Assembly: GCA_015064585.1 (NCBI GenBank)
Contig: SVRY01000007.1
Location: 1-64,000, forward strand
Length of the DNA: 64,000 nt
Source: Oscillospiraceae bacterium
Lineage (GTDB): Bacteria > Bacillota > Clostridia > Oscillospirales > CAG-272
Direction of reading: 5' to 3'
Under the pieces are notes generated by a model that worked only from the letters and a program-made list of their open reading frames with translations, had not been told where the DNA came from and ran no database searches. Below, in pieces: positions 35,349-45,814 of this stretch. The position numbers were made by a program, and so were the translations under genes. Position 1 is the stretch's first letter. Each line of letters opens with the position of its first letter.

Positions 35349-36427
35349 GACTGTTCCTCATCCTCGTGGATATGCGCAAGAAATGATTGTTGAAGAGCGG
35401 TAATTTGTTGCCGATAGGCAGAAAATTCTTCTTTGGTCAACATATAATGTAACAAACGCTTCAGATTTGAATTTGTTTTATCCCTTTCCTTTTCCGGATC
35501 TGCCACAAATGCAGAAGACTCTTGCTTTATTTGGCAAAAATGCTTTAAAAAGCAAGTTTGCAGCTTTTCAAAATACAGATTCGCTTCTTCGGTATTGCCT
35601 TGGCAGCATAACATTGAAACAATACTGTAATAGTTATATAATAGCGAAACATCGTAAAATCCGCCGTATTTTCCGTCCAGCACCGCTTCCAGTACGGCAA
35701 CTGCCGTTTTATGGTAGTATAGCTTTTCTTCATACGGCATATCGGTGCGCACAAGGCGTCTGATGCAATGATCGACCAGTCCCAGTATACGCATCAAGTT
35801 TTTCTTGATCTGTATATCGCGTTCTTCGGGGGAATCGCAAACCACGTCAAAGAAAAATTCTCTGCTATGCGCCAGCATAGGCAGTTTGTGATAAAAATCA
35901 ATGGATTTTTGCCGCAGTTCCGGATTGCTTGCGTGACTGCAGATCTGCAACATAACACGGTGAATTTCGTTTCGAATATCGTCTTCAACACAGTAGCGCT
36001 CGGCATAATCCGCCAGTTGTAATAAGCGCTTGATGTGCGTGTCATCAAACAGTCCGTTTTGCAAAACATAGATCATAACCGTAATATAATCGGAAAATCG
36101 ATCCGGCTTCAATTCAATTTCCGCGATCCACGCTTGATATACGCCCTCTGTATCTCGTTTTTGATGTAATGCATTTATTTTCCAAAGAAAATTCTTGCGG
36201 TGCTCCTCGTCCCAACAGGATTCCATATTGAACATAGCGTCAATGGATGTACGGTAAAGAACCGCCAATCTCGGCAGATAACGGATATCGGGAGAAAGCA
36301 GTCCCCTTTCCCATTTGGAAACGGTTTGTGCCGATACTCCCAGGTATTCGGCAACTTCTTCCTGCGTCAGCTTGCGCTTTTGACGCAATTCTTTTAGTTT
36401 TTCATTCGTCAACATGATCTTTTCCAT
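35345..36427 (-). CDS. XRE-HTH regulator with a C-terminal helical/TPR-like domain (RNPP/Rgg-like architecture, 360 aa)
   Basis: The HTH is QEEVAEYLGVSAQTVSKWERG. A long all-helical C-terminus follows. It is a paralog of 45815..46894. Confidence 0.65.
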   Translation of the reverse strand: MEKIMLTNEKLKELRQKRKLTQEEVAEYLGVSAQTVSKWERGLLSPDIRYLPRLAVLYRTSIDAMFNMESCWDEEHRKNFLWKINALHQKRDTEGVYQAWIAEIELKPDRFSDYITVMIYVLQNGLFDDTHIKRLLQLADYAERYCVEDDIRNEIHRVMLQICSHASNPELRQKSIDFYHKLPMLAHSREFFFDVVCDSPEERDIQIKKNLMRILGLVDHCIRRLVRTDMPYEEKLYYHKTAVAVLEAVLDGKYGGFYDVSLLYNYYSIVSMLCCQGNTEEANLYFEKLQTCFLKHFCQIKQESSAFVADPEKERDKTNSNLKRLLHYMLTKEEFSAYRQQITALQQSFLAHIHEDEEQS

Positions 36428-36552
36428 CCGATCGTATGTTTGTTTTTATGATAGCATAATTCAAAATAATTGTAAAGATACGAAAAAGACAATAAAAATG
36501 TCTATATTCGATCAATATTAAAAGCTCGGTTCCAGTCGAACCGAGCTTTCGA

Positions 36553-37578
36553 TTATTCGTTTAACAAACAGTCTTTCAAAACTGCCACCGCCACATAACG
36601 ATTGGTCTTTACGTTGTCATTGGTACATGTATACATCGTAATGATCCGATCCTCGGCAGTAAAGGTAACGCCATCTCTGTTATGCCAGGAATTTTCCTGC
36701 ATAGTCTGCAGATACTGCACAAAATCATTGTCATCCTTGAAGGTAACACGGCGGAAGGGATAGAGATAATTTACACGGTAGAACGAAAACAAGTTAAATA
36801 CAAATTTTCCCTCTTCGGTATAGATGTATACTTCCGAATGATTTTTGAAAAAGTCCTCTTGTTCAAATTTGGCAAGTTGATTGAACATCATACCCTGCAA
36901 ACGAATATTGTGCCCCACAATGATGGTGTTTTTATTCTCTAAAATAGAATCGCGGCATCTCGCTTCAATATAGAGCGCTCCATGGGCGTATTCCGCCTTG
37001 GTGAAGGAGTGATCGATATAAAATTCGGGATCGTCTTTGGGCGCCATCACGATCGGATAGTCAATATTGGTGCCGGGAATATAGATCCAACCCACTGCGT
37101 CGGAGTTTTGACTCTTCAAAACAGCCAATTTGGCATTATACAAAGCCAGTTCTTTCTTCTCGGCACTTGTCAGCGAGTCCTTATCCAAAATGCCGGCTCC
37201 GTTTTTCATTTCTTCATAGTCGGGCAGTTCGCCGGCACCTTTTTCGCCGTACAGCGTAGAGATCAATCCGGTATCGCCCGCAGACAGAGACAAGCTGTCT
37301 GCAAGATTTTGGTAAAAATCGTTTCCTTGTGCATATTCCCTTTTGGCAGAAATGACTGTTGCCGACTGCCATACGATCACAGCAATCAAAGAGACTACCA
37401 TGGTCAGCCAAATCATTCTGCGCACCACACGGCTTAGCGAAAATTTGGTTTTTCGATTACCTGCCAGGTCCTTTTTTTTCGCATTTTCCAAAGAATGAAT
37501 AAATACATCTCTGGCAGAGTGCTCTTGATTTACAGTATTTTGATTTTGTATAAAATTTGTTCGGTTAGTCTTGTCCAC
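36553..37578 (-). CDS. srtB: Class B sortase
   Basis: It has an N-terminal TM anchor. Signature blocks are GWIYIPGTNIDYPIVMAPKDDPEFYIDH, TIIVGHN (His), the TLxTC-like IITMYTCTND (Cys), and NRYVAVAV (Arg). Confidence 0.8.
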   Translation of the reverse strand: MDKTNRTNFIQNQNTVNQEHSARDVFIHSLENAKKKDLAGNRKTKFSLSRVVRRMIWLTMVVSLIAVIVWQSATVISAKREYAQGNDFYQNLADSLSLSAGDTGLISTLYGEKGAGELPDYEEMKNGAGILDKDSLTSAEKKELALYNAKLAVLKSQNSDAVGWIYIPGTNIDYPIVMAPKDDPEFYIDHSFTKAEYAHGALYIEARCRDSILENKNTIIVGHNIRLQGMMFNQLAKFEQEDFFKNHSEVYIYTEEGKFVFNLFSFYRVNYLYPFRRVTFKDDNDFVQYLQTMQENSWHNRDGVTFTAEDRIITMYTCTNDNVKTNRYVAVAVLKDCLLNE

Positions 37579-37616
37579 AGTTGTCCTCCTTTCCTACTAT
37601 CTGTATGTATTTTTTA

Positions 37617-38540
37617 TTACTTGTTTTTGATGCGGCGAGCAAATGTCACCACGCTCAGCACAACATAAACAACCAGCAATCCTATACCGATTCTCAGCGC
37701 AAACATACCGTCATTGGTGGTAATATTGCCCACGATATCCAATATCGGCTTCAATGAATCCAGTGCTTTTATACCAAGCAGATCGAATGCATATGTAATT
37801 ACTGTCTTAATATGAATAAACAGAGCACCGCAAAGCGATATTACAACACCTGCATAGAAGAACAAACGGCGTTTTTTGCGCAGATTGAAAAGGAAAATAA
37901 AGAGGAATGCTGCGATACCAACACCGAACAGCACAAGATCCAAACGAGAAGAAAGAAAAGTTTTAATAAACGAAATATCTCCGATCGTTCCTTTTTCGGC
38001 AAAATTATATTCGTATTTCGCAAAACCGGCATCCGCAACCGCTTTTTCCAGTTCAGCATAGTTTTCTTCGTTCATCGTAACGCCGGTAATTTCGGTAAAT
38101 TCCTGTTCCGATTCACGAATCACCGCAATAATTTCATCGCCGGTCATTTCAAAGGTTTCACCGTCAACCGCGGATTCCATGGCATTCCCCATTTTTTCGG
38201 AAATAAATTTCTTAAATCCTTCGGTTTCATACAGCTGATCCAAATTTTCTTCTGTTAAATTGTATTTCTCTATCGTGGCAGGATCCAGTTTTTCCAGGGT
38301 AATCTGAGACATGCTGGCATCATCCTCATATTTGTCATTACCGCTTACGGTATTTAATACTGTACCTATATGAATTTCATCACCGATTGCTTCGGCAAGG
38401 TATTTTGCAGAAATCAATTTTCCCGCACTGGAAAACAACATTCCGCTCAGTATGGCAGTAAAAGCAATCCCACAGAAGACAAGAGAAAAAATAAACACGA
38501 TCAAACGGACAAACAAACTTTGCTTTCTCATAAGAGCCAC
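37617..38540 (-). CDS. Membrane protein with a large extracytoplasmic loop (hypothetical)
   Basis: There is an N-terminal TM and three C-terminal TM segments. There are no recognisable motifs. Confidence 0.5.
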   Translation of the reverse strand: MALMRKQSLFVRLIVFIFSLVFCGIAFTAILSGMLFSSAGKLISAKYLAEAIGDEIHIGTVLNTVSGNDKYEDDASMSQITLEKLDPATIEKYNLTEENLDQLYETEGFKKFISEKMGNAMESAVDGETFEMTGDEIIAVIRESEQEFTEITGVTMNEENYAELEKAVADAGFAKYEYNFAEKGTIGDISFIKTFLSSRLDLVLFGVGIAAFLFIFLFNLRKKRRLFFYAGVVISLCGALFIHIKTVITYAFDLLGIKALDSLKPILDIVGNITTNDGMFALRIGIGLLVVYVVLSVVTFARRIKNK

Positions 38541-38679
38541 TTCCTTTCAAACATATGCATATCAATTTTTACTATACTCCTTTTTAAAGTATACCACATC
38601 TTTTAAGCATTGTCAATCATACAAAGCAACAAAAGGAATGCCACATTGCATTCCTTTTGTACAAATATTTCATAATAGA

Positions 38680-39567
38680 TTATAAACCAATGATTCCGCT
38701 CACGCTCACCGTTGTTGTACCCGGATTGACCGTTACCGCTCCCGTCACGGGATCACGCTCATATACCGCCGCAGGTACTGCCAATGTGTAGGGTTCGCTT
38801 GCTCCGCTGCCCATCACAAAGCTACCCGTCGCGCTGTTATAATCAAAAGCATCAACAGCCGCGCCATCCACCATGACAGTCAGCGGTATCCTGGGTCCCG
38901 GTACAAAGCTATCCCGCAGGGTCACTTCCGTCGGTGCCTGCGTACCGTAATTGCAGATCACAAAGGTGTAGGTCAAAGTACTTCCTTCGGTCACCGGGTC
39001 GGGTGTCATGGATTTAATAATTCTCAGATCCGCATATTGTTCCGCCTCAATGGTAACACTCGCACCGGAAACAGCCGCGCCGCCCAAGATCAGCTGTGAC
39101 GTATTGGTAATGCTGCCGTTTTCCCTATCCATCGGAGCATATTCATTCACCCTTGCCTGTACGATAAGGGTCAAGCCCGGGAATGGATTTGGCAGATTAT
39201 CAAAGGCAAAGCGTACGCCGTTTGTCTGCGGCGTCACATCCACATTGACGCCTCCTTGCGCAGGATTGAGCGTCTGCCCCACATACAAAAGATAGCTGAT
39301 ATATTCAAGCGGTGTATAGGAAATACCGCCCAACGTATAGGTGCCCAGATCATCCGCCACCACCAGCGATGAGGGCGCTGAGTCCCTTGCAATGATCTGA
39401 ATAATATAGGTCACAATTTCGCCGCGCCGATAACTCGCTCTGTATGCGTCCTTGGTAATACTCAGCGTTTCTCTGATCGTCGCCTGCGCTATATTGGATA
39501 TTGCCGTTCCTAAAACAGAACCGCTGAGATAATCCAATGTAGCATAATTCGTAATGGTTCTTGCCAA
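38680..39567 (-). CDS. Repeat-containing (DUF11-like) protein with no obvious signal peptide
   Basis: An AAGGAGG RBS lies 7 nt before a TTG start at 39567. The beta-rich repeats are of the kind seen in surface proteins. Confidence 0.4.
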   Translation of the reverse strand: MARTITNYATLDYLSGSVLGTAISNIAQATIRETLSITKDAYRASYRRGEIVTYIIQIIARDSAPSSLVVADDLGTYTLGGISYTPLEYISYLLYVGQTLNPAQGGVNVDVTPQTNGVRFAFDNLPNPFPGLTLIVQARVNEYAPMDRENGSITNTSQLILGGAAVSGASVTIEAEQYADLRIIKSMTPDPVTEGSTLTYTFVICNYGTQAPTEVTLRDSFVPGPRIPLTVMVDGAAVDAFDYNSATGSFVMGSGASEPYTLAVPAAVYERDPVTGAVTVNPGTTTVSVSGIIGL

Positions 39568-39745
39568 AATTTTATCCTCCTTTTTGAACGCAGTTTGCGC
39601 CACTGCCAGTATATGCAAATGTTAAAACTGCGTTATTATTTTTTGCGCCTCGTCGGATATTTTCGGGAAGTTTCCAAAAACTGTTGCTATTTCAAAGAAA
39701 ATCATATATAATAATAGCAAACAATTTGCAAGCGAGGATATCTTT

Positions 39746-41104
39746 ATGACAATATCCGAATATAAATCATCGGTTAAAGGAAAACATGCCGCTGTATTGG
39801 GGTATGGCGTTTCCAACCGTCCTCTTGTAGACTTTCTCATTGACCTTGGCGTCAGTGTAGAAGTGCGCGACAAAAAAGAACCCGAACAAGAGGCAAAGGA
39901 AAAACTGCGCAGCCAAAACATCCCCCTTATCACCGGAGAACATTACTTAGACAACATTTGTGCCGATCTGATTTTCAGATCCCCGGGTATTCGTCCCGAC
40001 TATCCCGGCATTTTGGCAGCGCTGGAGAAAGGGGCTGTCTTAACCTCTGAAATGGAACTTTTCTTCGCCCTGTGTCCTGCCACCACCATTGCCATCACGG
40101 GAAGCGACGGAAAAACCACCACAACAACCCTTGTATCCAAGCTACTGCAAGCAGAAGGGCATCGCGTTTTTTTGGGCGGTAATATCGGTACACCGCTGCT
40201 TTCCAAAGTCGCTGAAATGACAAGAGATGATTTTGCGGTACTGGAGCTTTCCAGTTTCCAGCTTTTTACCATGCGCCAAAGCCCCGATCGTGCCGTAGTC
40301 ACCAATCTCAGCCCCAACCATTTGGACTGGCACTGCGGTATGGGAGAATATGCGGCAGCAAAGGAAAATATTTTCCGCTATCAAAATACAAACAATCTCC
40401 TGGTACTCAATTACGAAAATAGCTATACAAGGGAAATGGCAAGCAAAGCTGCAAGCACTGTTCGTTTTTTCTCCTCAAAGCAACCGCTTTCAAGCGGCAT
40501 TTTCCTGCAGGATGGCACAATCGCCCTTGACGGACAGGAAATACTAAAAAGCGAGGATATTCTGCTTCCCGGTATACACAACCGCGAAAACTATATGGCA
40601 GCCATTGCCGCCACCGAAGGGCTGGTTTCCAAAGAAGCAATTTTGCAGGTTGCCACCACCTTCACGGGCGTGGAACACCGTCTGGAGACTGTCCGTGTAC
40701 ATCGCGGCGTGCGCTACATCAACAGCTCCATCGACTCCAGTCCCAGCCGCACCGCTGCGGCGCTGGGGTGTTTTTCCCAAAAGGTCATCTGCATCTGCGG
40801 CGGTTATGACAAGCAAATTCCCTTTTCTCCCTTAGCAAACGCCCTTTGCGAGCACGCCAAAGTTGTTGTACTCACAGGAGCCACCGCTCGGGCAATCGAA
40901 TTGGCACTTAACGAATGCAAAGCCGATACCAAACCCGGCGTATATTATGAACCCGATTTTCAAAATGCCGTGCAACTGGCATCAAGCTTAGCAATTGCGG
41001 GAGACACTGTCATTCTTTCCCCTGCCTGCGCCAGTTTTGATGCTTTCCGCAATTTCATGGAGCGCGGCGATACCTTCCGTAAAATTATTTCCGAATTAGA
41101 ATAA
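39746..41104 (+). CDS. murD: UDP-N-acetylmuramoyl-L-alanine--D-glutamate ligase
   Basis: The N-terminal Rossmann block is AVLGYGVSNRPLVDFL. The Mur ligase P-loop is IAITGSDGKTTTTTLVSKLL. Length is 452 aa. Confidence 0.85.
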   Translation: MTISEYKSSVKGKHAAVLGYGVSNRPLVDFLIDLGVSVEVRDKKEPEQEAKEKLRSQNIPLITGEHYLDNICADLIFRSPGIRPDYPGILAALEKGAVLTSEMELFFALCPATTIAITGSDGKTTTTTLVSKLLQAEGHRVFLGGNIGTPLLSKVAEMTRDDFAVLELSSFQLFTMRQSPDRAVVTNLSPNHLDWHCGMGEYAAAKENIFRYQNTNNLLVLNYENSYTREMASKAASTVRFFSSKQPLSSGIFLQDGTIALDGQEILKSEDILLPGIHNRENYMAAIAATEGLVSKEAILQVATTFTGVEHRLETVRVHRGVRYINSSIDSSPSRTAAALGCFSQKVICICGGYDKQIPFSPLANALCEHAKVVVLTGATARAIELALNECKADTKPGVYYEPDFQNAVQLASSLAIAGDTVILSPACASFDAFRNFMERGDTFRKIISELE

Positions 41105-41124
41105 AAACAGAAAGGAATTTATCT

Positions 41125-42162
41125 ATGACTTGTACCGAACTGTTCTCTGCTTTGCAAAAAATCCCCTCGGTATCGGGATTTGAACAGCAAGCAGGAGAAG
41201 CACTCAACAGTCTGCTCGGACCGTGTTTCGATGAATACTTGCCGCTACTGCCGGCAAATCACCTGTTCATCCGCCGTGCGGGCAAAGAAAATGCCAAAAA
41301 GCTGATGATCGACTGCCATTTTGATGAAGTTGGCTTTGTGGTCAACAGTATGCGCGCCGACGGCATTCTGGGTCTTTCCGCAATGGGCGGTCCCGATCCC
41401 CTGACGCTGGGCGCAGGAGCATTCACCGTGTACGCCAATCAGCCTATTCCTGCCGTAATGCAGGGTGCTCCCGTCACCATGGGTTCTTCCCGAAAAGCAG
41501 TTCCCACGAACGAACTACAGCTTTTTACAGGCTATAGCGAATCAAAGCTGCGTGAAATGGGAGTTGATATCGGCACTCCTGTGGGATATGCCACCGATGA
41601 ACCTTTGAAACTGCAAAACAACCGCATTGCCTGCAAGAGCGGCGATAATAAAACCAGCATCGCCGCCGCTGTACGCGCCATTGAACTGCTCAAAGATACC
41701 AAGCTTAACTGCGATATCTATCTGCTCCTGTCTTGCGAGGAAGAATCCTATATGGCAGGCGCACGCACGGGTACTTATGCTGTTATGCCCGACGCGGCAC
41801 TGGTGGTGGACGTTGACTTCGGAACCACTCCTGACGTTGGCAAAAACAAAGCAGGATCCCCTGAAGGCGGGCCTTCCATTCCTCTTTCCATCCAGACCGA
41901 TCGCCGCATGACCCTGCGTCTGACCGAGATTGCCAAAGAGAAAGAGATTCCATACCAGATGACTATTTGTCCTCTGTCCACAGGCACCAATGCCCGCGCT
42001 GTGGCATTTAGCCGCGAGGGGGTTCCTACAGCGGTACTGGGCGTACCGCTTCAAAATATGCACACCGGCGTTGAAGTATTTGCCGAGGAAGACTTGGAAA
42101 ACACCGCAAAACTCATTGCCGCATATATTACCGCAACATACAGTGAGGAGGCTCAAAAATGA
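41125..42162 (+). CDS. M42-family aminopeptidase (TET/FrvX/YsdC-like), paralog 1
   Basis: Typical M42 motifs are present (IDCHFDEVGFVV, GDNKTSIAAAV, ...). It is one of three tandem paralogs. Confidence 0.8.
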   Translation: MTCTELFSALQKIPSVSGFEQQAGEALNSLLGPCFDEYLPLLPANHLFIRRAGKENAKKLMIDCHFDEVGFVVNSMRADGILGLSAMGGPDPLTLGAGAFTVYANQPIPAVMQGAPVTMGSSRKAVPTNELQLFTGYSESKLREMGVDIGTPVGYATDEPLKLQNNRIACKSGDNKTSIAAAVRAIELLKDTKLNCDIYLLLSCEEESYMAGARTGTYAVMPDAALVVDVDFGTTPDVGKNKAGSPEGGPSIPLSIQTDRRMTLRLTEIAKEKEIPYQMTICPLSTGTNARAVAFSREGVPTAVLGVPLQNMHTGVEVFAEEDLENTAKLIAAYITATYSEEAQK

Positions 42163-43184
42163 ATACGGAACTTCTCAAAAAATTAGCCCTTTCCTTCGGC
42201 CCCTCGGGCTATGAAAAGGAAACCGCAGATATCATCATCGAAGAATTGACCACACTGGGCATTCCCGTGACCCGTGATTCCTGCGGCGGAGTGATCGGAA
42301 AAATCGGTTCGGGCGAAGAAAAGATCATGTTAATTGCCACCATGGATGAAGCATCCTTCATGGTCACAGACATTGACGGCGACGGCTTCTTGCGTATGGA
42401 AGCGCTCACCGCCGTTGACAGCCGTACCGTTGCGGGAAAACGCATGATCGTTGGCGGTGACATGGAAAAAACCGACGCAGTTTCTGCGCTCAAGGTTCTG
42501 CATCTGCGCCGTGGCGGCGAACGCGACGAAGCAGGTGTGGACAAGGTGTTCTTAAATTTGGGAGCAAAAAATAAGGAAGACGCCGAAAAGCTGACAAAGA
42601 AAGGCGAATTTGTCACCTTTAGCGGTAATTTCCGTGAACTTGGCGAAGATTATATCGTCTGCAAAGCACTGGATGGCCGTACGGGCTGTGCCCTGCTTCT
42701 GGAAGAAGCGGCAAAACTGATCGCCTGTCCCGATGAGGGCAGAACCTACATACTGGTCTTTGCTTCCAAAGGACTTGCGGGGCTTTCCTCCGCCCCCTTC
42801 ACCGCCTTTCGTGAACAGCCCTTGCGCGCGGTTTTGATCGACAGCTGCGGTGCTAACGATCTGCCCGATCCCGAAAAAGAAAAGGACAAACAAATCCATA
42901 TCCATTTGGGAAAGGGAGCGCTTGTTCCCATGTACGATAATCAAGTACTGTACTACGACAGCCCGGAATACGGCGTGCTGATTGCTTCCGCGCAAGGAGC
43001 AGGCATTGCATTCCAGCAGGGCAAAGGAACCGGCACATGTGGCTCCGTACATCTGACAGGCGGCGGTATCCCCATGGTGTCCGTGGCAATTCCCTGCCGC
43101 AACCCCCGCACCGAAGGTGTCATCATTCATAAAAACGACTATGAAAGCGCATTGGATCTTTTGCATCTGGCGGCTATACTGTAA
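42159..43184 (+). CDS. M42-family aminopeptidase, paralog 2
   Basis: It overlaps paralog 1 by 4 bp. Motifs include LIATMDEASFMV and CKALDGRTGCALLLE. Confidence 0.8.
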   Translation: MNTELLKKLALSFGPSGYEKETADIIIEELTTLGIPVTRDSCGGVIGKIGSGEEKIMLIATMDEASFMVTDIDGDGFLRMEALTAVDSRTVAGKRMIVGGDMEKTDAVSALKVLHLRRGGERDEAGVDKVFLNLGAKNKEDAEKLTKKGEFVTFSGNFRELGEDYIVCKALDGRTGCALLLEEAAKLIACPDEGRTYILVFASKGLAGLSSAPFTAFREQPLRAVLIDSCGANDLPDPEKEKDKQIHIHLGKGALVPMYDNQVLYYDSPEYGVLIASAQGAGIAFQQGKGTGTCGSVHLTGGGIPMVSVAIPCRNPRTEGVIIHKNDYESALDLLHLAAIL

Positions 43185-43202
43185 TTAAAAAGGAGAATAG
43201 TT

Positions 43203-44204
43203 ATGGAAATATTGAAAAAACTCATGAACTGCCACTCGGTTTCGGGCGACGAAGGCAGACTTGCCGAACTGATCGGCAAAATGATGGAGCCCTATTGCGA
43301 CAAGGTCTACACCGATCCCATGGGAAACTTGATCTGCTATAAAAAAGGCTCTGCCGAAAATGCAAAAAAACTCATGCTGGCAGGCCATATGGACGAGATC
43401 GGCTTTATTGTCACCGGCATTGACGAGAACGGATTTTTGACCATTTCCTCCATTGGCGGCATGCACATGGTGTCCTGCGCTTACACCACTGTGGTATTTG
43501 AAAACGGCGTGCGCGGTGTCGTAATTCCCGAAGCAAATTACGGCAATAATTTTTCTCCTGATCGCTTCCGCATCGACATCGGCGCTTCTTCCAAGAAAGA
43601 AGCCGAAAAGAAGGTCAAGGTAGGCGATCTGTGCGCCAACGAAGCCCAAGTTACCAGACTTTCGGGGCAGATCTACTCCGGAAGACCCTTTGACGATAAG
43701 ATTGGATGCGCCATCATGGTCAGAGCGGCAAAAGAAATGAAAAATTGCCAAAATGACACCTATTTCGTATTCACCGTGCAGGAAGAAGTGGGCTGCCGCG
43801 GCTCTAAGACATCCGCATATGCCATCATGCCCGACTTCTCACTGGCATTTGACGTAACCGGCACAGGCGACGCTCCCAAAGCGCGTCCCATGGCAGTAAA
43901 GGTAGGCGGCGGCGCCGCAATTAAAGTCAAAGACTCCTCGGTCATTTGTGACAGAGGGCTTGTGAATTATCTGTACGAAACCGCAAAGAAAAACAAGATT
44001 CCCGCACAGCTGGAAATTCTGGAAGCCGGCGGCACCGATACCTCCTCCATGCAGATGGCAGGATGCGGAAGCCGCGCTTGCGCTATCTCCGTACCTACCC
44101 GTTACATCCACTCCATCAACGAAACTATCTCCAAGAAGGACTACGATGCCTGCGTGGATCTGACCGTGAAGATTTTGGGAACCGATCTTTCCACCGTAAA
44201 ATAA
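43203..44204 (+). CDS. M42-family aminopeptidase, paralog 3
   Basis: Motifs include LMLAGHMDEIGFIVTGIDENGFL and FDDKIGCAIMVRA. Confidence 0.8.
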   Translation: MEILKKLMNCHSVSGDEGRLAELIGKMMEPYCDKVYTDPMGNLICYKKGSAENAKKLMLAGHMDEIGFIVTGIDENGFLTISSIGGMHMVSCAYTTVVFENGVRGVVIPEANYGNNFSPDRFRIDIGASSKKEAEKKVKVGDLCANEAQVTRLSGQIYSGRPFDDKIGCAIMVRAAKEMKNCQNDTYFVFTVQEEVGCRGSKTSAYAIMPDFSLAFDVTGTGDAPKARPMAVKVGGGAAIKVKDSSVICDRGLVNYLYETAKKNKIPAQLEILEAGGTDTSSMQMAGCGSRACAISVPTRYIHSINETISKKDYDACVDLTVKILGTDLSTVK

Positions 44205-44205
44205 T

Positions 44206-45465
44206 ATGACAAGAGACGAACTGTATTTGCTGTCGGAGAGTGCCGAAGAGGCACTTTCCGCACAGTTTCATGAAATTGACCGCATTTCCTTCATCGGGAC
44301 CAAAAAAGTAATGGATGCTTTCTCGGAATTTCGCGTTTCGGAATCGCTCTTCGCCTCCTCCTCGGGCTACGGCTATGACGACCGCGGCAGAGATGTGCTG
44401 GATCAGATCTATGCCCGTGTATTCGATGCGGAAAGTGCCATTGTGCGCTCTCATATCGTCAATGGCACCCACGCCCTTGCCATCGGCTTATACGGTCTGC
44501 TCCGCCCGGGAGATACCCTGCTTTCCATTACAGGCAAGCCCTATGACACCCTAGAGGAAGTGATCGGCATTGCAGGTCAGCCGGGTAACGGCTCTCTTGC
44601 CGATTTTGGCGTGAAATACGCCTGCGTGGAGCTGGGACAAGACGGCGGCATTGATCTGCCTGCTGTAGAAAAGGCAATTGCCGAAAATCCCTCAGTTAAG
44701 GTGGTATTCATCCAACGCTCCAAGGGTTACATGAACCGCAAGACCCTTTCCCCCGAGGAAATTGGGGAAGCCTGCCGCTTTGTTAAGGAACGTTGCAATG
44801 CTTTTGTGATGGTAGATAACTGCTATGGCGAATTTACCGCCGAAAAAGAACCCACCGCCTATGGCGTTGACCTCATTGCAGGCTCGCTGATCAAAAACCC
44901 GGGCGGCGGTATGGCAGAATCGGGCGGTTATCTTGCAGGAACAGCCCGTGCCGTGGAGCTTGCCTCCTACCGTCTGACCACCGTGGGTGTGGGCGGCGAG
45001 GTAGGCGCTTCGCTGGGACAGACCAAAAACCTCTACCGCGGTTTCTTCTATGCCCCTCACACCGTAGCGCAAGCGATGAAAACGGCAGTATTTGCCGCAT
45101 ATATCTTCGAGAAAATGGGATTTCCCGTCAATCCCTTGCCGCAGGAACGCCGCTATGATATTATTCAGACAGTATCCCTTGGCAAAGGCAATTATCTGTG
45201 TGCCTTCTGCCGCGGCATTCAGGCAGGCTCTCCCGTGGATTCCTTCGTAACCCCCGAGCCTTGGGATATGCCGGGCTACACCGATCAGGTGATCATGGCG
45301 GCAGGAGCCTTCGTGCAGGGCGCATCCATCGAGCTTTCCGCTGACGGTCCCATGAAGGAGCCTTACAATGTCTATTTCCAAGGCGGTCTTACCTATGAAA
45401 GCGGCAAGTTAGGTATTTTGCGTGCGGCTGAGGAAATGATTGATGAAATGAGAAAAGAATCGTAA
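44206..45465 (+). CDS. Methionine gamma-lyase family / aluminium-resistance family PLP-dependent protein (YnbB-like)
   Basis: Length is 419 aa. Blocks such as IQRSKGY, VDNCYGEFT and GSLIKNPGGG are typical of the Met_gamma_lyase (PF06838) family. Confidence 0.7.
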   Translation: MTRDELYLLSESAEEALSAQFHEIDRISFIGTKKVMDAFSEFRVSESLFASSSGYGYDDRGRDVLDQIYARVFDAESAIVRSHIVNGTHALAIGLYGLLRPGDTLLSITGKPYDTLEEVIGIAGQPGNGSLADFGVKYACVELGQDGGIDLPAVEKAIAENPSVKVVFIQRSKGYMNRKTLSPEEIGEACRFVKERCNAFVMVDNCYGEFTAEKEPTAYGVDLIAGSLIKNPGGGMAESGGYLAGTARAVELASYRLTTVGVGGEVGASLGQTKNLYRGFFYAPHTVAQAMKTAVFAAYIFEKMGFPVNPLPQERRYDIIQTVSLGKGNYLCAFCRGIQAGSPVDSFVTPEPWDMPGYTDQVIMAAGAFVQGASIELSADGPMKEPYNVYFQGGLTYESGKLGILRAAEEMIDEMRKES

Positions 45466-45469
45466 ACTT

Positions 45470-45640
45470 TTTATAAAAGTTTTCGTCCACCTTTTTCAAA
45501 AGGTGGTGGTTTCCAAAGGCAACGCCTTTGGTCGCGCTCCGCAGAGCGCGAACTGCTCCAAACGGCATTTCTTTTTTGCCAAGCTTTTTTTCTTTGTGCC
45601 TGTGGTGTCAAAGAAAAAAGCGGACAATTTCCGCATATAA
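45470..45640 (+). repeat. Structured intergenic repeat, copy B (homolog of 5808..5975), directly after the stop of 44206..45465
   Basis: It shares the TTTATAAAAGTTTT 5' end and all four hairpins with copy A. Two stems have compensatory changes: CCACCTTTTTCAAAAGGTGG versus CAAGCTTTTTCAAAAGCTTG, and CTTTTTTTCTTTG...CAAAGAAAAAAG versus CTTTTTCTCTT...AAGAGAAAAAG. Confidence 0.7.
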
Positions 45641-45680
45641 AGCTTTATCCCCCCGCAATTGCGCGAGGGGGATTTTCATG
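45641..45680 (+). terminator. Intrinsic terminator ATCCCCCC-GCAATTGCGCGA-GGGGGAT plus TTTT
   Basis: A G/C-rich inverted repeat followed by a T-run is read directly. Confidence 0.55.
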
Positions 45681-45814
45681 CGTAAAAGTTCTGTTTTTTA
45701 ACCTACAGTTCACAGCAGCTTTCCTAACAATCCCTTTACACTCCCCCGTTTTTCTGCTATCATATAACCGGAAGCAGAGCTCGGCTTACTTTAACTCTGA
45801 ATGGAGGCAAATTC

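Noticed and set aside
39622-39933. A 103-aa minus-strand ORF overlapping the start of murD
   Set aside because: It overlaps the well-supported murD N-terminus and promoter region. It has no RBS and no motifs, so it is likely spurious.
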